Origin: Klebsormidium nitens
Taxonomy: Eukaryota > Plantae > Klebsormidiophyceae
Length of the DNA stretch: 64,000 nt
Direction: 5' to 3'
Assembly: GCA_000708835.1 (NCBI GenBank)
Contig: DF237353.1
Coordinates: forward strand, 1-64,000
Shown: piece after piece, positions 25,843-38,715 of the stretch
Layout: each line of letters opens with the position of its first letter
Position numbering within the stretch: the stretch's first letter is position 1
The notes under the pieces: generated by a model
What the model saw: the letters and a program-made list of their open reading frames with translations, nothing else
What the model was told of the DNA's origin: nothing
Databases searched by the model: none
Translations under genes and position numbers: made by a program

Positions 25843-28213
25843 TCAAGCCAGCTGCAGCAGCCTCCTGAGGTCCCTGGTCGCAATCGACGACTCAGACAGA
25901 TCCAAAGGCGCCGACACCGGCGCAGGTGGCGGCGTCCCCAGTTTCAGCAGCTCCTGTAGCGCCAGCGTAGCCTGCTCAGCGCTCACTTGCAGGCCTTTGC
26001 TTGGGCCGCCCCCTGCGGCTGTTAGCAGCTGCTCGGGGGTGCTGGGAGCGCGCAGCAGGGGGGCATTGCCAGAGGTGAGCAGGCCCCCCCGGACAGTGGG
26101 TGCGCAGGGGGGCGTGAGGAGACCAGCGTGAGGGGGCGGAGGCCCCCGTGGCTCGCGAGGGGGGGACAAAAAGAGGTTGAGCCGAGCAGGAGCAGAGCTG
26201 TCCTGCACTTTCTGCAGCAAAGAACAAAGGATATGATAAGCTTCCCTGGATGAACAGGATCAAGAGACAAAGCAGGCTCCTGTCCCAAATAAGATGCATA
26301 AAAGTGATCACAGTAGCAGCTTGGTAAGATGGCGATGAAAGTCACAGAGGTAAGAGGGCGTTGAAAGTTGGGGACAGGCAATTGCTTTTCATGAAGAGTA
26401 GGCAATTGCTTGTGAATTCTAAAATAGACAAATTCAGCAAAAGATGCATCGATTTTACCCTCAACTAAGAGAGCGAACAAAACAATTCCAAGCAGCAATG
26501 CCACGGAGGGAAGACATGCAGGCCGAGCACAACCGATGCAATTTTCACTGAGCACCCACCTGCAGTGCAAAGGTAGGCAGCGGCAGGCAACTAGGGGCCG
26601 GAGAGTTGTGGAATGCTGCCCCTGCGAACCGCTCGGGAGGCTGGCTCCTAGCTTCAACAGAAACCTGCGGCGCTCGCACGACGTCCTGACGAGCTTGCGG
26701 AAGCGCGGAGGGGGTTTGGCCCTTGCTGCTGCCCTCAGGCTGCGGCTGACTAGTCTTGACTGATCCCTTTGGAGCCCCAGAAAGAGAGGCGCTCGCTCCC
26801 TTGCTGTGTGGCTTGGGGGCCCGTTTCTTGGCCTTGAGCGGGCTCTTTTGAAGCTCCTCCTGCTGCCAGGTGGGGCCTTGCCCGACGAAGACGGAACGAT
26901 ACTTTTGCTGAGAGTCGGAATCTGTTGCGTCGCTGTCGGAGGACGTCGTCAACACAGTAGGGTCGTCCAGGGGAGAAGTGGGAGAAGACACTTCCTCACT
27001 CTTGCGAGGGCCCGCCTTCTGCTTCAAAGAAAACAGGAATCTTTTCAAAGAAGTGTTTCATCCCTCTTTTCACTCAAAATTCCCATGCCCGCCAAGCAGT
27101 CATGCACTCAGTAATGCAAAAAGAGCTGACCATCACACTGAGCACATTGCAACTGGCAGACAACATTCACAAAGAGTCAGAAAAGAGGGCACTTAAAAGA
27201 ACTTACAAAGCACCACTCCTTTAATCAGCAAGTGCATTCCTTGCAAGCAACCTTCCCACAATTGAATCGTCAATGCTGGAATGTATGCAGCCAACCCTAC
27301 ATTGTCATGATGACCATGACTCTGAGCTGTGAAGAGTAAGAGATGAGCAGCTTCACTAATGAGACTAAAAACCCAAGCACTCCAAAGATAATGTGCTTAC
27401 CCTGCTCTTTGCACCCGCTCCTCTCTTTCGCATCTTGAGGGGCTCACTGCCAGTCATACTGTGGCTCTCCGCAGCCAGTCTTGAGCTCTTTCCCAAGGCA
27501 ACTAAGGGTCCAGCATTGACAAATCCTGCGCCCTTCGAGGCAGGTTCCTTGCTGGCCTCTGGTGAGGGGATGTCAAGGATTGAAGCACCGTCTCTGCAGA
27601 AACAAAGTAAGAACAGTAGGGTCAAGTTTGGGAGCCAAGTGCATATGTTGATTCTGAAAGCAACAGCATGTGAGCAGAAAGTAGCAGCAATTTAAGAGAC
27701 AAAGATTATACAGATGGAAACACAGTGCTCATCAAGACTACCTGCTGCCCGCAAACTCCAGCAACAATGCAGGAGTGTCAACACAGGTGTGTTGACTAAC
27801 CTGCGGTAGGCGTCCAAATCTGTCTTGATATTGATGTCATCCTCTGTAGGATTGTCCGACCTATTGGGACAGAAGTAGGGGACCAAGCTGCAGACCAGGG
27901 GGAAGAAACGTCAGCCCTTGATATACACGAAAGTAGGAAAGAGTTCGATGTAACCAGAACCAAGGTGACCTGAACGCTCTGCTAGACCACTGGAAGGGGT
28001 GTGAGTCTAACACTGTCAGCAATAAAGCCCTGCGGACAATTGAAGAACCCCTGAACTTCTGGACTAATGGAGATGTCAAGGTTCTGAAGGACTACAGAAA
28101 GGACCTACCTGCGGCCGAAACTTGGTAGAGCAGGGTTCTCCTTCTCTCCCCTGCTTGCCAGAATCATACTATCGACCACAATTTCATCATCGGTGACTCG
28201 AATTGACTCCATG
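25843..28213 (-). CDS. Low-complexity protein with PNRC/Edc1-like motif and C-terminal leucine-rich helices, 5 exons
   Basis: Exons 28213-28109, 27887-27801, 27593-27402, 27018-26560, 26211-25843 splice in phase with GT-AG. Motif FAGAAFHNSPAPSCLPLPTF at ~26569-26628; C-terminal ATLALQELLKL and ATRDLRRLLQLA*. The start codon is uncertain; a probable upstream exon ends near 28520. Confidence 0.75.
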
Positions 28214-29145
28214 CTTGTTGCCGATGGTTCTGCAAAGATTAGGAGCAGGCATAAGCATCTCTGCAGATTCAGAGTCCCCCTGCCTAAGAATGTCAAGAGG
28301 TTTCCAACCACAAACCTTTCTACTTGTGCCAAGCCCAAGGAAACTATTTCAAAAAAGACAAAGCTTTCTGACATGCTCAACTCAGGAGGAGAAACCCCAA
28401 GAAATCCACCCTCCACAGTGGCAAAGCTTGGACAGACAACACGTCCCATTCTCACATACATGCATCCCAAAGCGATGGCAAGAGTTGTTGGTTTGGAGCA
28501 GATTTCACTAGCGCTTACCTAAAACTTGGAAGGTCTTTAGATATGTGCCAGTATGCGACGCCGCTCCTCGCAATTCCTGTGAAACCTGGCCGTGCCCGTT
28601 CTTGGCCGCCTGACCATGCGCACTTCGTGAGTAGAGTGTCTGAATTTCTGAATATTGGTGAACTTTCTTCTTGTCCCTTTCTTCCCACTGCCCAGCCGTC
28701 TTTCTTCCTCGCTTCTCCACCTTGTTTTCCAGATCTTCCAGCGGGGATTTTGGGGGTGCGAAAGCTGACGTGTCGTGACTTGCAAACGGTCAGGACCGGT
28801 CAAACCGGGGTATATTTTGAGGACTTCGCACTTGGCAATGTCTTTTGACACACAGACAACTAAAAATATTTCGAGTCTCTTTGGAAACCCTAGGAGTGTC
28901 AAGTATAGTCGCTGGCAAAAGGCCCTGTTTGTTGCCACGTTTCCAGAGACTGGAACAGAGTCTGTTTCCTGCATGATCAGAAATTCTAGGGTTCTGTGCT
29001 TCGTTTTGCAGCAGCAACTTGAGCAGGCCCATGGAAGAGCCTGCTCAGACTCTGAGCGCGCGCTTGTGAGCGGCCAGCTGACATTCGTTGTGTTGCCACA
29101 TTGGTGTTTGCTTTCGCGTTCAAACACACAAGTAGAGCACCTGCT

Positions 29146-32100
29146 ATGCCAGGCCCAATGGAGTCCCTGGACGGTGCGCCCACGTCGGACAGGCATGTCA
29201 ATGCAAATCACGGCGCTGCAGTGGGACAAAATGGCGCCCATTGGGGTGAGATCATAACACCAGCAGCAAGCATGGAAACGGGAACAGGAAGAGGGTTCAA
29301 TGAAAGCACAGGAATGGGGACGGTGGCTTCAAAGTTGGAACCAATAGAGCTGGAAACGGAAACAGACGCCGATTCCGAAACTTATCACTCTAGTGATGAG
29401 GCAATTGAGAGCAGCTTACAGGATGTGGTGGAGGATGTATCTCTTGATGAACGCGGAAGCGCTGGAGAAGATCATGAGAGCAAGTCGAATGGCGAAGCTG
29501 CGACCCTTGCGAAGATGGATCTGGAAGATTACAAGGTGAACCAAACTTCAATCGAGGCAGAGTTGGGGTTGAATGTTGGGCAACTGAAAAAAGTCACAGA
29601 GAGAGGGTTGGAAGCAAGCACCACATTGAAAGAAGACTTGATGGCGACAGACGTTGAATCGGAAGCCAAGCAGCTGAATGGTCCAGCAGTTGCAGCCAAT
29701 GCAGGGTTGGAAGCAGGAACAGAATCAAACGAGGGTTTCATGGAAATTGACCTGGATTTAGCATCTGAGCAGCCTGGTGATGCAAATGATGGAGGGTTGG
29801 AAGCAGGCAGCACTTTAGTGGACTCCACGATGGCCCTTGAGCAAGCTGGAGACGGGAGTCGGATTGAACAGGATCAGCTAATAGTTGCACCGGAGGTTGC
29901 TTCTGGAGCTACAGCAGGAGTAGCCCTCCAGAACGAAGAGCATCAGCCAAGACTTTCTGCTGATGACAGGTCGGGCGCTGCCACAGAATTGGTTTCTGAG
30001 CAAACAGGAGAGGAACAGCGTGCTGAATCTCGGAGACCTTCAGCAAGCGGGGCTGGTACCCATGGAATCCTGCAGAAAGCCACAGATCTGACAGAGAGGC
30101 GGGAGTCGGAGCCAGCTTTGGTGCCATCAGAACCTCCCCCTCTTGGAAGTGTTGATGAGCAGTCACAGCAGGGACCTACAGAGGAAGCTGATACTGGGCG
30201 CATCCCATTCTTTATCATCACGAACACCGGTCGGGTAAGGCCATTAAAAACCCAATATGTGGCAGAATTGGACGAGAGCTCGCACTGATGAATGCTAGCA
30301 ACGTGCAAATTGCTGCATTGAGGAAGCTACAACAAGCAGCAGTATGGGAGGATGTGAATCGATACATTATTGGCGCGTTTGTTGAAAGGTGCAACTCAGA
30401 GACTTTGAGTGGGTTTGATGTAGTTTTAGAGGAAGCAGCGAGCCTGCAATGAAAGGCCGGCTCAATGTCGCTTGGGAGTTGTACTTCCCATGGTCAGCTT
30501 GATTGTGCCACGTCAATGTTTTTGAGTGGTGCAAAACCCTTCGCAACCAGCCTATTGACGAAGTGTCCTTCCAACCTCTGCAGAAAGCCGCCTCCCCCAG
30601 GCTCTCCAACGAGACCATCGACTTCCCGGGAGCCCGAATCTCTGCCGACAAATTTGTCGGTCTGCGATATGTCAGGGAGGGGGGTGACGTTTCCCAGAGC
30701 GGTTCGGCAAGCCCCGGTGTGCGTCTTCTCGGCGCCATCCAGGACTTTCCATCCAGGACTGCAGTGGCAGCGGGGAAGACTGTGACAAGCCTGCTGTCAG
30801 TTCTGCCATCTCCAAGAAGGAGCTCAAGCGGAGGGGAGAAAGCTGTGGCGGATCCAACAGAGGCAGGCCGAGGGGGCCAGGAAAAAGAGACATCCACACC
30901 CCGTGACGGCAGTGCGTCTGCGGCAGAGGTAAGCTTGTTGAGCCTGATTTTCAGTCTCGCCGGATCATCCGATTCACCATCACCTCGGCCATTGAGAGTG
31001 CAGTTGAAAATCGCTTGACACCCCTCAGCTTCGACGGTCCATTGAGGTGACACTTGATCTGTTTCAAAATTTGCAATCTGGTAGTAATGAACCAGTGGTT
31101 TGCAAGTTTAAGCTAAGCAATGGACGAAGCTGTTCTGTCTTTGCGGGACGACCTAGGTGGACCACCAAGTGGTGACCAGGAGGCACTTGGTCGCCAGGCA
31201 CCGACGGGCCCCTGTATGCCCTCCCTAACATCGATTTGAGGTGTCAAAATCTGCTCCCACCTTGCGTGCATCCCCTGTCCTGTCCAGAGATCTTTCAGGC
31301 GTTTTAGAAGTGCTCTTAGCAGACGGCGTTCGTTTCGCAGGGGCCAGCCAGCACCAGTGGCTCTGGCAGCAGGCGCCAGTCCGTCGACAGCCCCGAGTTG
31401 CACGTGTGGGAGATTATCTGGAAGGACCACAGCAAGCACACGCAGGACCGGCCTGGCGGAACCCTGCAGCAGGTCCAGTTCGAGACGACGAAGGCAGGGT
31501 GAGCGATTGTTGGTTCAATCAGCGGTGTCTGTCGACTGAGCTTTTGTGCGTCCGTCAGGCACCATTCAGCGGTAGGTACGGTGTTTTGGAACACAGCGTT
31601 GCGCTCTGGAACCTCGCTGCCGCGACAGCCAATTAATCTGAGCTGGACCGACGTTTGTGGTTGCCCCTGCGGTAACAATCGCTCGATGGGTTTGCAGTTT
31701 TAGAACAGGACAAACGCTCAGGCGACAAGAGGTGCTCTGGAGACCCAACGAAAGAGTTCTTCAGGACCCCACTTTCAGTCCAGTCGGATTTCTGTGCCCT
31801 AGCACAGAAATTGTGCTTTAAGACCGGCTCTGCAGACCACACTTCCACGCAGCTCTGGCAGCCACTTGTTTCAGAACCAGGGTGGAAAATTTCACCAGCA
31901 GCCCCTCACTCAGAAGCTTCTGCGTAACACCTTCGTCTCCGACAATTCCGCTTCCTGTATACGAGTCCAATCCTGCTCTTAGTCCTCGCAGCTCCTCAGG
32001 ATTCTATGCTTTCGATGGGGTGCAGGACTTGCGCATCCTTCTCGCAAACATGGTGCACCCTTCTCAAAGTTCGAGGAGCGTTTGCCTCTGGACGATTGTC

Positions 32101-34946
32101 GATTGAATTCCGTTGTTCGTTGGAACCCGCTTTGTTGCCTATGGTAACCCAACCGCGTTTCTTTCCCCTCGCAGCTTCCGCTTCATCCAGCGCATCATCG
32201 ACATCTGGTCTCTCGAAGCCACTGAGACGTCCGCCATGACCGAGGCCGCCAAAGCCGCACTGAAAGCCCAGGATCTGCTTGACACCAACACGGACTACCC
32301 CTTCTCTAAGCCGGAAACCCTTACTGCTGCCAATAATATCTTTCCCCGAAGTCTTTTCGGCAAGGTGCGGGGAACCTCGAACGGCACACCTAACCAGCCT
32401 GAGGCGCTGTCGCGCGCCGCAAGCGAGGACTTGCAAGCGAGCGCCTCCGAGGTCGAGCGTACAAAGTCGGGTTTGTCGGTTGCCGAGCGGACGGAGTCGG
32501 GGGTGTCGGTTGCAGAAAGCGTCGAAAGTCTTTCGTCAGCGAAAAGTGGCGCGTCTGCGGGCGGCGTGGCGATTGCGTTGGTTGCGAGCGGGACCAAAAA
32601 TGGTTATGGCGGGGGTTTGCAGCACGTTATGATTCCTGAGTCGGATCCGGTTGCGGGGCTCCCCCCTCCGGAGAAGCCGGGGGCGCCGCTCGTGGAGGGG
32701 CGCTTCCTGCCGAACATGTCCCCGCACTCGCACGTGCTGCAGCAACCGCACATACGTGCGGTGAGAAAGTCTCCTCGCAGTCACCTTGTGATGGCCTTCT
32801 TCTCTTCCTCTCTTTAGATCTCGGTCCGATCCACCTTTTCAACGAGCTGACGCCATGACAAGTTCGAAAGCTCATCGACATCGTCTGGCAGCAGGTTAAG
32901 CTGTTGGTATCTGGTCAAAGGTCCAGCAAGTGAGCCTTACTAGAGACCTCTAAGTGATAATACAGTTTACTGCCAGGGGTTGATTTGAGCGAGGAGCTTG
33001 GTCTTGACCGGTAGTAACCTCCCGTTTCTTGGACACTTCTCGCTTCCGCAGTACGTTTTCCAAAGGTGACGATCCAACTACGTCTGACCTTTCTTTCTGG
33101 TGCGCTGCAGCTAGCCGCGGCCTTGCCAGTCCGCTTCCGGTTGTCGCCCTGGGTGCTCTTGTATAGTACGTGGCGGGATGGCATCAGGTGAGCTTATGAT
33201 TTCGCACCCATGACTTACGTAGCCGGCTTCTTGGTTCCAATTCCACGAAGCGCATCTTAGGTTCGGGGACTGAAGATTGAGCCGAGCTCTCAAACAACCT
33301 GTTCAGATCGTCTGCGGACACGTCTGCTAAGTCCCCTCGCATCATCAACCCCAGTCGTGCCTCTGACCTTGCAGCTTGCAAACCATGTACCGGAAAGCCG
33401 CCAAGAAGGGGCCCTGCGTCCTGGTCATCCTTGACACGAAACACAACGTGAGCACCATCCGATTCTCCCTTATTGCACCCATTGTCTTTCTGGTCTTACT
33501 GCAATCATCCTCTCTGATCATCTCGTCTCCTCATTGTCTCGCTGACACAACATGACCGCAAGCATCATTGGTTGTCTGCAACTAAGAGCTAAGCACGTAA
33601 GGGTTGATCGACGTCAGAAAGTCATGATCAGTTCGGTCCAGGCTCAACCACAAAGAGGAGCGTGGTTAAGGTTGGGCAGGTCCCTGCACGAGGACTCCGC
33701 TTTACCTTTAAAACCTGCAATTTGCGCCCTGCAGGTGTTTGGTTGTCATACCTCGGAGAGCTGGAAAGTCCACCCGCGCTACTATGGCAGTGGGGAGAGT
33801 TTCGTCTTCCAGGTATGACCCTCTCTTTCCCAGTATCTCGTACTCGATGATAAGGAGGTACGCTTCCGCTCGGCCAGCTGATCGTCAACATGAAACAGAG
33901 CAGGACCTGGTATAGGGTCGAAAACTTTGCCGCCGCTTGTCCCCTGCCAGACGCGCCAACTGGCCTGAACCGACGCGAAGGTCGGACGTTCTGAACACCG
34001 TCAGCGGACCTACTCTTAAGCCCAAAAACCAGCCTGAACCCCCATCTGTGCTTGTTTTCGGTCTCTGCAGCTTTACCCCGAGATGCGCATCTACCGATGG
34101 ACGCGGGACAACAACTACATCATGTTTGGCACGCCGGACTCCATCCACATAGGCGGCGGGTGAGTGCTGACTTCGTCCGCTTTTATGGAAACCCGTGCCA
34201 ATCTTTACTCGCTGGAAAGGCTGAAAGTGATGAGCTTGGCGTAAGCTTCCAACTTTTGCGTACTTCAGTCGGACATGGGGTCAAAACCGACGTCCTTATT
34301 TCCATCGCCGGAGTGAGGCAGTCCAAAGCGACCAGCCGTTTCGTTTCCAATCTCGACAACGTTGCGCTGCTTCTTGAAGCTGCTCGGGTTTTTCTTTCGA
34401 TGTCCCTGATTCGCAAAGGTCTAGCTGAGGAAATACGACCTCTTCGAACCGCCCTGACTAGCGTTTTCCGCCGCAGGAGCCACTTTGCGCTGTCGGTCAG
34501 GGGCGACCTCCTCAGCGGTTGCACGGGCGCCTGCGAAACGTTCGGCAACGGCCCACTAGTCAAGTAAGTTGCCGGCCCCGATTGAAGAGAAGTTTATTTG
34601 GCTTTTGCAAAAACTTGGTATCGAAAAATTCGTCCCTGTTTGCGTTCAAGCCTTTGCTGTTCCTGGACGGCAGTGTGTTTCCTGTGCCTGTCCGCTGAAA
34701 GTCGCAAGATCCGTATGACGGAATCCGGAGAGCGTCCGATCTTAAGAGTGGGCCCTCGGCTCCTTAAGGATCTCGAGGACTATCTCACAAATAGCTCTGT
34801 CGCTCTGAGCACCGTCTTGGGACCAGTCTGCGTGCTGCATAATGCGGAAGATTCAGATCTGGAGGGTTCTTAACCACTGACTGGAAAGCCAATGCAGGCC
34901 TGAGGAGTACGGGATCCTGCACGTGGAGCTGTGGGGCTTTCAGTGA
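29146..34946 (+). CDS. TLDc-domain (OXR1/NCOA7-like) protein with long acidic disordered N-terminus
   Basis: The C-terminal exons give a clear TLDc domain: LAAALPVRFRLSPWVLLYSTWRDGIS (33111-33187), LQTMYRKAAKKGPCVLVI, VFGCHTSESWKVHPRYYGSGESFVFQ, YRWTRDNNYIMFG, HFALSV...CETFGN, HVELWGFQ* (stop 34944-34946). The upstream long ORFs 29101..30288, 30503..31018 and 32113..32817 end in GT donors and are joined by inference. Confidence 0.85.
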
Positions 34947-36983
34947 CACCACGGGGAGCTGCCGCCGTGTGCTGTCGTTGTGAAGCGCATTGACGAGGTA
35001 AGACAACACAGATCTGGTGGCATAGTCGCCTACTGTAGGATTCCGGGAGCTTTGGTGGTCATGAGCTTGCGTGCGGTCTGCTGGCCATGGTCTATATTGT
35101 CAAAAGGATTCTTGAGAGTCAACCGGACTGCGCCCCGAACGCCTGTGGAGTCGGCTCGGTATGGAGATCTCTCAGAACGCTTTTGACGTCGATCGAGCAT
35201 GCTCCTTTTCCACCCGTTACAGGTTTGAGTCGGTGAGCACCGGAAGGTCCTCCGTTGTTTTCAGTACGCTCTCAGCTTGACGGCCCAGGGTGTTTCTTTG
35301 TTGCAGATTGGGGTTCGCCCTGTGTTCAGGGAGCAAGGTGCTACCGCGTCAGTACAACCTGAGGTCCAGAGCTTATCCAAAAGCACGCCTAAGTTGAGCA
35401 CGCTGTAGGTCAAACGGATCCACCGGTTGTCAGCAGTCTGCTGGCCTCCGACTCTACTTCACACCGGTTAGTGATGTCAGATTCGATCAGATCAAACTGA
35501 CCATGCCCGATCCGTACCCGGATGTTGCACCAATACCTTGGAAGTACTTGATCTGATTGTTTCTCGCATCTGAGTCCTGCCGAAGTCGAGGTCAAAAAGA
35601 TGCACAGAAATTTTTCGCGGCGAGCTAAGTAGCTCGTTTCCGCCAATGAAGGCCGACACGACGGTCAAAGAGATTGCCAAGTTTGTGTGAAGCCCAAAAT
35701 TGACTCAGGGATCCGACATGCCGCCCAATCAAGGTGTAAGTCCAGGCTTCTCTAACTCTTCTCGACTGTCCGAATAGAGCGCGGGCCTTGATACCAGGTC
35801 TCCGGGTGTATCCGGTTGGTGATGCAAGGCTGAACTCTTTCCCAACCAAGCCTGGTTTCAGCCATGAGCCGATGGAGTCGCGCGAGCTTGGATCATTCCT
35901 TCAAAAACACGAGGCATTGACTTGCTAGGTGCACGTGAATCATTTGACCATGCTCTGCTCTTGATATTACGCTCTGCTAGTAACTTACGTTTGCACATGA
36001 AAATATGAACCGTCCAAACTGCTTCCTGTGCACTTCACATGTGCTTGATTGCAGATGATTAATCATGCTCCCGCGTTTAGATGTGACATTCGGCACATGC
36101 ATTCATGAATGATTCGGCCTGGCAACGCGTGCAATCTCCACAAGATATCTGGATACGAACCGCGCGGCCGCGCCATATTGGATTCTCAATCATGCATGTG
36201 TCAGCGAGCCTGTCATCATGCATGAAATGCTCTCTAAAACTCACACACGTTTATGACCGTCTCGTCGACGCGCCGCCCGATTCAATTTGTATAAGCGACC
36301 ATGCAAGTGACTTCAAACGACAGACATCGTGGCTACTAGCTAGCCTGTGTGCAATCGGTTCCATCACATGTGCATGCGCAGGTCATCGTAAACTCAAGCT
36401 GGCGAACTCTAATGACCATTGTACGTGACACATAATACGGTACTAAAGGTGCATATAAACAGCACGCTTCGTCAAGATCACGAATCGAGCTGTTGCATGA
36501 TCAATAACGCGTCATGTTTTCAAGAAGGGCGCTGGCGCAAGAACAACATGTAAATACTTGCTTGTACTTGAAGCTAAGAGGATAAAAGTGACGTCTGCCA
36601 TGCAATCTTAATTGAATGATGTACCGTTAATCTCCGCAATGAAGCTTGGATATGTTGATCTACTTCACGAAGTTCCTGTCTGTCTTGACCTTTATGAATA
36701 GCTGGTCTATAGTGGTCTTTACAAGGAGAGACTGCCATCAATCTACGAGATTCAAGGCGGCTTGGCGGCTGTGATACGACAGTGTTGCCCGGGTTTCGAC
36801 AAGCTCAAAAGTTTATCGTCCTGTGCCAACTTGCGTAAACATCCGTTCAGAGGCACCCAGCCAACGACTTGAAGTCCAGCTATTATTCTTTCCTGTTCTG
36901 AAATGTATCAGCACTTCGTCCTACAACGAACGAACGAAAGCGGCCTCTGATTTCCTGATCGTGTCACCATTCTGCGTATCAGC

Positions 36984-38304
36984 TTAGTCAATCTGGACGT
37001 CAATCACCTTCGGCTGCGGTGGCTTTTCCTTTGGCACGGTCACAGTGAGCACGCCTGCAAACACAAATCCCCCATCAGAATTCCACAGTGTACCAGGAAA
37101 CTCGCTGCGAGGTTAACTCTGGGCAGAGGTTCCTCTCAGGCATCTTTTAAGATTCCAGGTTTGACAATTCTGAAGTCGCTCTTAGAATGAGCATCGTGAA
37201 TATGAGCATCACACCCCTGTCCTTGAAAACCTTGGGCCGTGCAATGGCAGCCCGCTTCTATTCGAGCCTGATCTTAGAAGCCTGAATTTGAACAACTTTG
37301 GCGAAGAGAGGTCACTTACCGTCTTTGACTGCTGCGCTGATCTTCTCTCCCTTGGCATTTTCGGGCAGCCGGAAGCGTCTCTGGAATTTGCCTCGTCCTC
37401 TCTCCTGCCTGCACACCACATAAAGCAATCTTCAGTAATTTCTAAAGTTTACTTCGTCCTGAACAAGCTCGGATCGTGTGAAAACAGAAGAGGTAGACGT
37501 CTTCTTAAAAAATTGCTTCCGAAGAAGAATGACGTTCCATCATTCATTTGAAAAGGGGATGATGTGGGTGAAGTGACAAACTTCCTATGCAGGACGCAGC
37601 AAAAGTGTGGTCAACGTCTTGAGATATTGCCAATGCAATTTCTCAGTTGCCTACTTATGGCAGTCGAGCTGGATGATTTGGCAGCTCGAGCTCCAAATGA
37701 AGGATTACTGACAACTCAACCCTTCTTGACCAAGCTATTCCTTTGAAATTTTCGAGTTGCTGATTGCACAAAGTTCCCACTCCTTATTAGAACAGGAGAA
37801 AAAACAAATCAAAAGTCACTGACTTTTGGGCACGGAGCTCAGACCCAGTGCTTTAATTACTGTAGACACTTCTACTCTACCACAGGACTGTGGAAGAAAG
37901 AGCTACTCGTTGAGTCAATGCGCATTCGGACCTTACAACCTCAGGATTGCTCAATGAACTTCAGACTTGCAAGCCACCAGGTGCACTCACCTGTGATAGT
38001 TCTTCTTCTGATCGTGCTGCCGCTCTCCGCTGATGTTCAAGGTCTTGCCGTCGTCCTCCAATTGCACCTTGACGTCACCCTTTGTCAGCCCAGGGAGGTC
38101 CGCCTCAAAAACGTATGCAGTCTCGTTTTCGTGCACATCCACCGGTGCTCTGGTGAAGGCAGAGGGCCTTCTGGCACCCTCCCTGCCCCTGCCCTGAGCT
38201 GGAGTCAGAGATGAATCTACAAGCGTGCTGAAGTTGTCCAGAATGTTGAACGGGTCCGCTGAGCCGAGCCAGGGGTCATCGAAGAGGGAGGCAGAAAGTG
38301 CCAT
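36984..38304 (-). CDS. Small heat-shock protein (HSP20/alpha-crystallin domain), cytosolic type, 3 exons
   Basis: Exons 38304-37991 (PVDVHENETAYVFEADLPGLTKGDVKVQLEDDGKTLNISGER), 37408-37320 (ERGRGKFQRRFRLPENAK..ISAAVKD), 37055-36984 (GVLTVTVPKEKPPQPKVIDVQID*). All in phase. Confidence 0.95.
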
Positions 38305-38600
38305 CTTCTGCGCTGAGCTGGGAAGCCACAAGCTGACCCCAAGCTGATAGCTGATTGAGGGTGCCGGAAAGATTAACGCGGTTGCAAGTCGTTTCGGCTA
38401 GCTGTGTGCGTGAATATGAAGTTTTGATGTGTGCGTTTTTGCTGCAGAATGACGCTCAAATGCGAGATTGATGCGTTTTAAGAATCCTGAACTGAGTCTG
38501 AGAGCTAGCGAGGGGGAAAGACGCACATGTGCAGAGCTTACAGTCTGCTAACATGTTTGCCCAATGATTAGCATGTTCGCACACTTAAGTTCGGTCTCTC

Positions 38601-38715
38601 TGGAACATTCTCGAAACGCGTTTCGAACCGCCGATATACAACTTCTACTCACTGCACTGCTATCGGACGACACAGAAGATTCTAGAAAACCTGTCGGCGC
38701 CGAAGCTTCTCGACA
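38601..38715. promoter_or_regulatory. Cluster of heat-shock elements upstream of the sHSP gene
   Basis: Two perfect nGAAnnTTCnnGAAn elements, gGAAcaTTCtcGAAa (38601-38615) and aGAAgaTTCtaGAAa (38674-38688), plus a near-perfect cGAAgcTTCtcGAca (38701-38715). They lie ~300-410 bp upstream of the HSP20 ATG. Confidence 0.85.

Noticed and set aside
28885-28892. Single telo-box AAACCCTA in the PNRC/TLDc divergent promoter
   Set aside because: One 8-mer is expected by chance in 64 kb, and no paired site-II cluster was seen upstream.
34950-36900. Short ORFs between the TLDc and HSP20 3' ends
   Set aside because: No homology recognised and no coherent exon structure; probably UTR or intergenic.
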